A stretch of DNA of 27,396 nucleotides from Candidatus Methanomethylicia archaeon (GTDB lineage Archaea; Thermoproteota; Methanomethylicia; CALHIW01), in the NCBI GenBank assembly GCA_038845975.1, contig JAWBQF010000032.1, positions 1-27,396 of the forward strand. Direction: 5' to 3'. Made by a program: the position numbers and the translations under genes. Below, piece after piece: positions 20,641 through 27,396 of this stretch (positions are counted from its first letter, which is position 1; each line of letters starts with the position of its first letter). Under the pieces are notes generated by a model. That model ran no database searches. It saw only the letters and a list, made by a program, of their open reading frames with translations, and was not told the DNA's origin.

Positions 20641-22554
20641 ATGTACCAAAAAACAAATATAAATGAGTACCGCGACATTATACTAAAACAAGTTCCGAAA
20701 GAAGCTGAAATTACGAAAATAGAATTTGAGGGGCCTATAATTGCTATTTATTCAAAAAATCCACATATACTAATGGAAAATGGTGAAATAGTAAAAAGCA
20801 TTGCTAAGACCATAAAGAAGAGACTAGTCATTAGGGCCGATCCGTCTGTAAGAAAGGATCCAAAGGATGCAAAAGAATACATACTAAAGGCAATTCCACA
20901 AGAAGCTGAAGTTGTTGATATATTTTTTGATGAAGTCTTAGGCGAAGTTATCATAGAAGCTAAAAAGCCAGGATTAGTTATAGGAAAAGGCGGCTCCATA
21001 CTCAAGCAGATAACTCTTAATACAAACTGGCGTGCTATTGTTATGAGATCAGCTCCAATAAAGTCTAAAGTAATGACTCAAAAAATGCAATTACTAAGAG
21101 AAAAAAGAGAATACCGAGAAAAATTTCTTCGAAAAGTTGGCATGCGTATTCATAGAACAACACTTTATAAAACTGATCGTGTAAGAATATCATTACTTGG
21201 AGGTTTTCAAGAAGTTGGAAGGAGTGCGATTCTTGTTCAAACTAACAAAAGCTCCGTATTACTTGATTGTGGTATAAAGTTAGGCGTGACAACATTTCAT
21301 GAACAGTTTCCACGTTTAGATGTAAATGAGTTTGATGTGGAAAATCTGGATGCTATTATATTGACACATGCGCATTTAGATCATTGTGGTTTTGTTCCAT
21401 TTCTTTTCAAGTATGGTTACTCAGGGCCTGTGTATTGTACTAAAGCAACTCAAGATTTAACAACATTGTTACAACTTGATTATATTGAAGTACTATCAAG
21501 AGAAGGCAGTTTTATGCCGTACAGCCTTAGAGATGTAAAGAAAATGATACTTCATATGATCTCCTTAGATTATGGTGAAGTAACAGATATAGCCCCAGAT
21601 ATTAAACTTACATTGCACAACGCAGGTCATATTCTAGGGTCTGCCATGGCTCATTTACACATCGGTGATGGATTTTATAATATATTGTATACAAGCGATT
21701 TTAAATTTGGTAGGACAAAACTTCTTGAATCGGCATCATCGAGTTTTCCAAGATTAGAAGCATTAATAATGGAAAGCACATATGGTGGTAAGGAAGATGT
21801 AATGCCAGACAGGACGCAGTCTGAAAAATACTTTTTAAGCATCATAAATGATACTTTGTCAAGAAAGGGTAAAGTTTTAATTCCTGTTTTAGCTATTGGG
21901 CGTGCTCAAGAAATTATGTTAGTTCTTCATGACGCAATGGAAAAAAACATTATTCCAAAAGTTCCAGTATTTATCGAAGGAATGGTCCTTGAAGCTACAG
22001 CTATTCATACTGCACATCCAGAGGATCTGTCAAACGACTTAAAAGATAGAATCTTTTATAAGGGAGAAAACCCATTCATATCTGATGTATTTATCAGGGT
22101 TGATGATAGATATGCAAGAGCTGACATAATAGAAGGAGAACCTTGTATCATTATGGCTACTTCAGGAATGCTTATGGGAGGACCTGCTTTAGAATATTTC
22201 AAGACGCTAGCTGAAGATGAAAAAAACTCTCTAATCTTTGTTTCATATCAACCAGAAGGGACACTAGGACGTAGAATTCAAAATGGATTACGTGAAGTAT
22301 CTTTAACTGATGAGAGAGGATCAATACACATAGTAAAAGTTAAAATGAATATTAAAAATGTTGAAGGATTTAGTGGCCATAGTGATAGAAAACAGCTACT
22401 ACGTTTTATCCAAAGTTTAACGCCTAAACCTCGCGAAATTATCATAGGTCATGGTGAAAAAAGCAAGTCCGAATCATTAATATCAGCTATAGATAAGATG
22501 TTCGGAATAAAAGCCAGAGCGCCAAACGTAATGGACGCTATCAGACTTATATAA
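20641..22554 (+). CDS. fttA: beta-CASP ribonuclease aCPSF1 / termination factor FttA
   Basis: N-terminal KH domains; HAHLDH, AGHILGS, MESTYG, FSGHSD and GHGE motifs; follows psmB. Confidence 0.95.
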   Translation: MYQKTNINEYRDIILKQVPKEAEITKIEFEGPIIAIYSKNPHILMENGEIVKSIAKTIKKRLVIRADPSVRKDPKDAKEYILKAIPQEAEVVDIFFDEVLGEVIIEAKKPGLVIGKGGSILKQITLNTNWRAIVMRSAPIKSKVMTQKMQLLREKREYREKFLRKVGMRIHRTTLYKTDRVRISLLGGFQEVGRSAILVQTNKSSVLLDCGIKLGVTTFHEQFPRLDVNEFDVENLDAIILTHAHLDHCGFVPFLFKYGYSGPVYCTKATQDLTTLLQLDYIEVLSREGSFMPYSLRDVKKMILHMISLDYGEVTDIAPDIKLTLHNAGHILGSAMAHLHIGDGFYNILYTSDFKFGRTKLLESASSSFPRLEALIMESTYGGKEDVMPDRTQSEKYFLSIINDTLSRKGKVLIPVLAIGRAQEIMLVLHDAMEKNIIPKVPVFIEGMVLEATAIHTAHPEDLSNDLKDRIFYKGENPFISDVFIRVDDRYARADIIEGEPCIIMATSGMLMGGPALEYFKTLAEDEKNSLIFVSYQPEGTLGRRIQNGLREVSLTDERGSIHIVKVKMNIKNVEGFSGHSDRKQLLRFIQSLTPKPREIIIGHGEKSKSESLISAIDKMFGIKARAPNVMDAIRLI

Positions 22555-22607
22555 GTGTATTAACAGTTATTTGATTTAAAAACTTCAAGACTAATTTAGT
22601 ATTTTCC

Positions 22608-23097
22608 GGCTTTGTTAGCTTTATTTCTTCCTTATTTATGGTGTTGGTAGGTCTAATGTTATCTTATTGGGGTGGGTGCTTTGTTTGTTTTGTTTATGTT
22701 GTTGTATGTTTGTTATCTGGTATGTCTTTAGAATTTTGTTTATTTTGTAGGGTTGTATTTGTTTTATGGTTTATCTTAAGCTTCTATTGAGTTTGATTAT
22801 TAGATGGTTAATAATACTATTATTAGTAGGTTCTATGGGTGGTCATGTATGTTGTATTTGAATAATTATTAGAGGGTTCTCTACATATTGTTTGATGTTG
22901 CAATACACATACACTTTAACATTCCTTAGAAGATAAAGGCTATCTATGATTCAAACATCAAATACATACTCAATACTATAAGCATCATGCAAATATGAGT
23001 TTAAACACAAGTTATAGGTTAGGAAATTTATGGAGAATCATTATCATAGTATATTAGAATAAAATAGAGCAACCAACATGCTTAAGTTCACAAAACC
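22608..23097 (+). mobile_element. Internally deleted IS6-like element (490 bp) with perfect 8-bp TSD
   Basis: Ends GGCTTTGTTAGCTTTA / CTTAAGTTCACAAAACC; TATTTTCC at both 22600-22607 and 23098-23105. Confidence 0.8.
22624..23007 (+). repeat. 384-bp exact direct repeat, copy 2
   Basis: Identical by eye to 19292-19675. Confidence 0.95.
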
Positions 23098-23157
23098 TAT
23101 TTTCCACACGTAAAATATAAAAGAGAGCTAATAACCCTAAATTAAGGTGTATGTTTC

Positions 23158-23397
23158 ATGGATAATGAAATTGTAAGCGGCTCTGAAGTCTTATCTGAAG
23201 CTCTAGGAAATATAGTTCTAGTCAAGCTGAAAGGTGGTAGAACGATAAGAGGCACTTTAAAATGCTTTGACCAACACTTAAATTTAGTGCTCGAAGAATC
23301 TATAGAAATTAATGAAGATGGAAAAGAACTTAAAAAGCTTGGTCAGATAATAGTTAGGGGAGATAATGTAGTTCTAGTATCTCCCAGTAAATTATAG
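23158..23397 (+). CDS. Sm-like archaeal protein (SmAP/Lsm)
   Basis: GTLKCFDQHLNLVL and IIVRGDNVV motifs; upstream of rpl37e. Confidence 0.94.
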   Translation: MDNEIVSGSEVLSEALGNIVLVKLKGGRTIRGTLKCFDQHLNLVLEESIEINEDGKELKKLGQIIVRGDNVVLVSPSKL

Positions 23398-23410
23398 TTG
23401 ATGGTTATTT

Positions 23411-23599
23411 ATGGTTAAGGGCACAACATCCTTTGGCAAAAAAGGAAAGAAAAATTTACATATATGCTGCAGAAGATGTGGTAGAAGTGCATATCATATA
23501 AGGAAAAAGAGATGTGCAGCATGTGGATATCCCGATAAGAAAATCAGAAGATATTCATGGCAAAATAAATCTCTAAATAAAAAGAGACGAGTAATATAA
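23411..23599 (+). CDS. rpl37e: 50S ribosomal protein L37e
   Basis: KGTTSFGK, HICCRRCG and CAACGYP motifs. Confidence 0.95.
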   Translation: MVKGTTSFGKKGKKNLHICCRRCGRSAYHIRKKRCAACGYPDKKIRRYSWQNKSLNKKRRVI

Positions 23600-23719
23600 C
23601 CTAATAAGAACAACTAATATTACAGTATAGTTCTAGAAACAATGATATATATTATTGTGTTAGTACTTTACTTGAGCTGTATAAGAATAATTGCGAGAGG
23701 TCTAAGGTTCATAAGGGTC

Positions 23720-24400
23720 ATGGAGGATCCTGTAAGGCAAAAGGATCTTATGAGGCATTAGATAATATTGATGATATTGTTCATGAATTTTTGAATTAGT
23801 TAAATTATACTAAGAATCGTTTTGTTGTTCTTGGTGCTATTAATAATAATGAGAAATATAAGGCTGTTGTTGTTAAATGGAATCATAGGTGGAAGAAAAG
23901 TTATGTTAAGCACATGCTTTTTGATAATGTTACGTTTTATAGTGATAGGAGTTATGATTTTGTTCATGTTGTTTTGACTTGTCCTTATGTTTTTGTATTG
24001 ATTATTATATGAAGCAGTTTAAGAAAGCTTGGAAGTTGTCACATGATTTGTTGGTTAAACGTCATGGTAGGTTTATGTATGTTACTACTTTAGAATCTCA
24101 TAAGGATGGTTATCCTCATTTATATGCTTTGCTTTTACTAGGAGGTTTGTTATTGATCAAGATGAGTTAAGTAAGTATATGGAGAGTAAGGGTATCAGTA
24201 AGATTACTTTTATTAAGCGTTATTGGAGTGGTAGATGGGGTAAGAAGCCTATTTAATTATTTGGGTAAGTATTGAGTAAGTTTCTTATGGAGGATCCTAC
24301 CAGAGAGTTTCTTGTTTTTAGTGCTTATTTGTGGAAGACTAGAACTAGGACTATTAGTTGTAGTTGTGTTTTTTGTTATTAGGAAAAAAGAAGTAAAGCT
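23720..24400 (+). pseudogene. HUH rolling-circle replication initiator (Rep) pseudogene
   Basis: Motif I VVLT (23968-23979), motif II ESHKDGYPHLY (24093-24125), motif III YLGKY[L]SK (24258-24280) and LWKTRTRTISCS appear in order, with several frameshifts and stops. Confidence 0.75.
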
Positions 24401-24618
24401 AAACGTTATGAATTTTAGTTTGTTTTGATTATGAGGTTAATTATTATCTTAATTTAGCAAGTATTCAGAAAAGTGAAATTTTGTTTTTAATTCCTCTTAA
24501 TTTTAAACTTTTAAATTTTCAATTTGTAACTTTAGAATTTTATAATTTTACAGTACAATTTTTAAATTTACTGTAATAAGAGAAAGCTATAAAAACTTCT
24601 AATTATTAAATCTACAAA

Positions 24619-25543
24619 CGCTCTTGCTTCCTTAGTGAATGATAAGTTATTTACTTCCTCTTCCGATGTTTATATATGGTTGGGGGTATACGTTTATCCT
24701 TAACCATTAGGGATGGTGAGGTTGTTGAGCTTATCCGTAGGCGTAGGTGGTCTAAGGGCGTGAGGTGTCCTTACTGTGGCTCCGTTAGGAATGGTAGGTC
24801 GGCTAGGAGGCTTTACGCTTAACGATACCTATGTAAGGGCTGTAGGAGGCAGTCCACGACCTTAGCGGAACAGTATTCACTAGGCTTAGTCCTAGCGAAG
24901 CATTAACCATAGCATCTACTAAAGCTTGGATTAAGCGCGTTAGCAGTATCTAGGTTGGTAGGAGTAGGAAGGCTGTGGATAGGGTTATAAGGCTCTTCGG
25001 AGAAGGTATTGAAGCCTACTTTCAATAGCTTAAGGCTGAGGGACGAGGTTGATGAGGTATATGAGGCTGTTGGGCGTAAGGGTCTTAGAGGCGTGGTTAA
25101 GCCTAAGCGTAGAGGTCGTGGAAGGCTTAGGGTAGGTCCAAGAGGATAAGCTCCCATTCCTCACTGTTAGGAAGAGCCAAGAAGGTCTTGTTCAAGGTCC
25201 TTGAAGACGTAAGCTCCCCATCCATAGAGTCCCTGTTAGCATTGAGCGTGAGGAACCCATAGTCTACACGGAGAGTTCAGAAGCTATAACTCTCTCGATA
25301 AGGGTATGAACACCTTAAAGTAAACATTAAAAAGGCTTCTACGCCTTAAGCCCATTACACGTTAATGAATGTGAGAGCTACAACTGGCACCTAAGAACCT
25401 TCAAGACTAAGCGAGGAATATCAGGAGAAAAGCCTCCATCCACGCCAACGGAGCCTCAGCTTACACTAGAACATACATGGAAAAACCTAGATCAGCATGC
25501 AACTGGTTAATAACGATAACCATTCACTAAGGAGACAAGAGCG
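24619..25543 (+). mobile_element. IS1595-family (ISH4-group) element with pseudogenised transposase
   Basis: 23-bp TIRs CGCTCTTGCTTCCTTAGTGAATG / CATTCACTAAGGAGACAAGAGCG; perfect TSD TCTACAAA; CPYCGS..RYLCKGC, EVDEVY and VNECESYN motifs. Confidence 0.9.
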
Positions 25544-25695
25544 TCTACAAAAATTAAAATTATGAGGTGATTAAAGAGGTCATCATTATGAATTATTTCC
25601 AAAAGCTCCATGAATTATTAGTGTAGAAGTATTTATACCTGCTGTACTGTACTCCTACGCTAATACATGTAAGGGTTATTTGAGGTCTGTACCTA

Positions 25696-26110
25696 GGTTC
25701 TGAAACTCAGTTAGTTCTGAGCAGTAAAGGTTCCTTTTCTTCTTCACTTGGTTTTTCAGTTGACTATAGTAATTCATGAAATTTTATACTTAAAGGAACT
25801 GACAACAATTAGCTCATTTATCAATGGGTTGTTAATGTCTATATTGCTTAAATGCCATAAGGTAAAGCCTACGTTAAGCCCATGGATAAATGTTCAGTAA
25901 TCAAAAGTTATTAGATGAAGAATAAAAGCTTTACTTGGTTTATGAATCTAAGCCGATATGAGTTGAACCATTAACTGTAATGTTAGTATCTAAAGTCTGT
26001 ATGACATTGCCTTTATGGTGAATGTTCAGCAACTAAAGGTTGTTAGGAAAATGATAAAAGCAAAGCTTTTATGACAAATAAAATGCAAGTAATCTATTGA
26101 TTTCGGAATT
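25696..26110 (+). mobile_element. Degenerate IS6-like remnant
   Basis: GGTTCTGAAACT / GATTTCGGAATT ends; 26051-26100 resembles 3190-3240. Confidence 0.3.
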
Positions 26111-26254
26111 TAAGTTTTGTATATTTCCTAGAATCATAAATATTGTGATATGTATTTTTTAAGAGAAATTAAATTACAATTAATTGATTTCAGCATATAA
26201 ACAATTCTCTATTTCCTGTTTTTCATATATGTATAACTTAAATAACAAATCAAT

Positions 26255-26542
26255 TCACCCTAATTTTTCTCTTTCTTTTCTTTCTTCTCTTGCTCTAACC
26301 CTCACAATACCTTGAAATACTGAACAACTTACACAGTAGTATTTCGTAACAGGTACTCTTGGAATTATAGCACCCCTACTTTCTAATTCTTTTCTCAGTT
26401 GAGGATCAACGTAAGATACATATCTTGTTATTCTTTTAGCCTTTGAACGAGGTACCCATGCACCACATCCATCACATTGAACTTTCGTTTCTTTTCCTTT
26501 GTCTCCCTTTCCTCTTCCCCTACTCTTCCTCTTCTTAGGCAT
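26255..26542 (-). CDS. rps26e: 30S ribosomal protein S26e
   Basis: MPKKRKSRGR, VQCDGCG..VPRSKAK, YCVSC and VRVR motifs. Confidence 0.95.
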   Translation of the reverse strand: MPKKRKSRGRGKGDKGKETKVQCDGCGAWVPRSKAKRITRYVSYVDPQLRKELESRGAIIPRVPVTKYYCVSCSVFQGIVRVRAREERKEREKLG

Positions 26543-26762
26543 AATACTCACTTTGCAAGTTTATTTTAGGGAGTAATATAAAAATGTTTATTTAATTAAA
26601 TTTGCTAAACATGACGGCCTAAGAATCTAAATACTACATGAGTTTACTATTACTTTTCAACGCTTATGAACTTAGGTAATTAAATATACTTTTATATCTA
26701 AAGTTCACAGAGTCATTTTAGAATGGAAAGTTTAAACCGACAATATTAGGATAATAAGTAAT

Positions 26763-27134
26763 TTAACTTATCAGGGCAATTGCTAAATATACATTATCAC
26801 CAATTTTAAAGTTAAAATCATGTTCAAACATTTCTATACTAACAATAAGTCCACCTACTGAAATGTTTATTGTAAACTTATCATTTTTATATAATGATAT
26901 TACTTTACCTTGCATGTAGAAATCGAATTTTTCCTCATTGGAAATCGGTTTACTATCTAGATATACTAGGTACTCCTTATTCTTTTTAATTGTAAAAACT
27001 TTTTTAGGAATTTGCATTGAAATTTTCACGTCATGTGAAGACATGACTACATGAAATAATCCAGGAATTTTAGATATACTATCAATTAGCTGAACCATAA
27101 CTTTAAATACTTTTTGAGTGTTTATTTGACTCAT
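26763..27134 (-). CDS. rpoG: RNA polymerase subunit Rpo8/G (Rpb8 homologue)
   Basis: Size and beta-rich pattern; FYMQGKV...ISVGGL...GDNVYL; TTTAAATA 27 nt upstream. Confidence 0.7.
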   Translation of the reverse strand: MSQINTQKVFKVMVQLIDSISKIPGLFHVVMSSHDVKISMQIPKKVFTIKKNKEYLVYLDSKPISNEEKFDFYMQGKVISLYKNDKFTINISVGGLIVSIEMFEHDFNFKIGDNVYLAIALIS

Positions 27135-27187
27135 AGTATCAAGAAGCAATATTTCAATTTATATTTAAACATTTTCTAATTCTAGAT

Positions 27188-27396
27188 GGCTTTGTTAACT
27201 TTAGATTTATTTGGGGGTTTCTCCCTTGTTTACGGTGAATTATGGTTAAAGTTGTTAAGTTTGTTAGGTAGAGAACTCCATTTACTCTAGTTGTTATGTT
27301 GCTCATATATGTTTTCGTTCTTCTAGGATGGCTTCAGATATTTAGTTTATTGTTTTAGGTTATGTATCCATATTATGGTTTATCTTAATCTTCTAT
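27188..27396 (+). mobile_element. Left part of degenerate IS6-like element (truncated by window edge)
   Basis: Starts GGCTTTGTTAACTTTAG; ends with TATGGTTTATCTTAA-CTTCTAT, shared with 19433-19455. Confidence 0.65.

Noticed and set aside
8398-21005. Shadow ORFs 8398-8691, 9053-9256, 10320-10607, 11114-11305, 11366-11620, 16092-16274, 18291-18500, 20346-20570 and 20748-21005
   Set aside because: Antisense overlaps of well-supported genes, with no motifs of their own.
24903-25157. 84-aa minus-strand ORF
   Set aside because: Antisense to the IS1595 transposase pseudogene.
1-27396. CRISPR array
   Set aside because: No regularly spaced 24-40 bp repeats with unique spacers; the repeats seen are IS ends or tRNAs.
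1-27396. Alternative genetic code or general sequencing error as the cause of low coding density
   Set aside because: Intact genes up to 1.9 kb have no internal stops or frameshifts and end in TAA, TAG and TGA. Gap regions are broken by frameshifts and by all stop types.

Overview
AT-rich archaeal chromosome segment of TACK/Thermoproteota type (rps26e, rpl18a, rpoG/Rpo8, top6B, aCPSF1). It holds 22 intact housekeeping CDSs (two missed by the ORF track), 3 intron-less tRNAs and one box C/D guide RNA. These cover only about 12 of 27.4 kb (hand sum, ~43%). Almost all remaining DNA is decayed mobile-element material: many IS6-like copies with GGCTTTGT...ACAAAGCC ends, an IS5-family element, an IS1595/ISH4-group element with a perfect 8-bp target site duplication (TSD), several MITE-like derivatives and a pseudogenised HUH rolling-circle Rep. 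Main points of interest are: a double-guide C/D sRNA apparently targeting both strands of 16S helix 34; the Rep remnant with a downstream hairpin; a mirror-image G+T/A+C skew across intergenic blocks; perfectly identical patches inside otherwise diverged dead IS copies; and an apparently pseudogenised prefoldin alpha. No CRISPR array and no intact novel multi-gene system is visible. Family assignments come from motif recognition by eye, not database searches.
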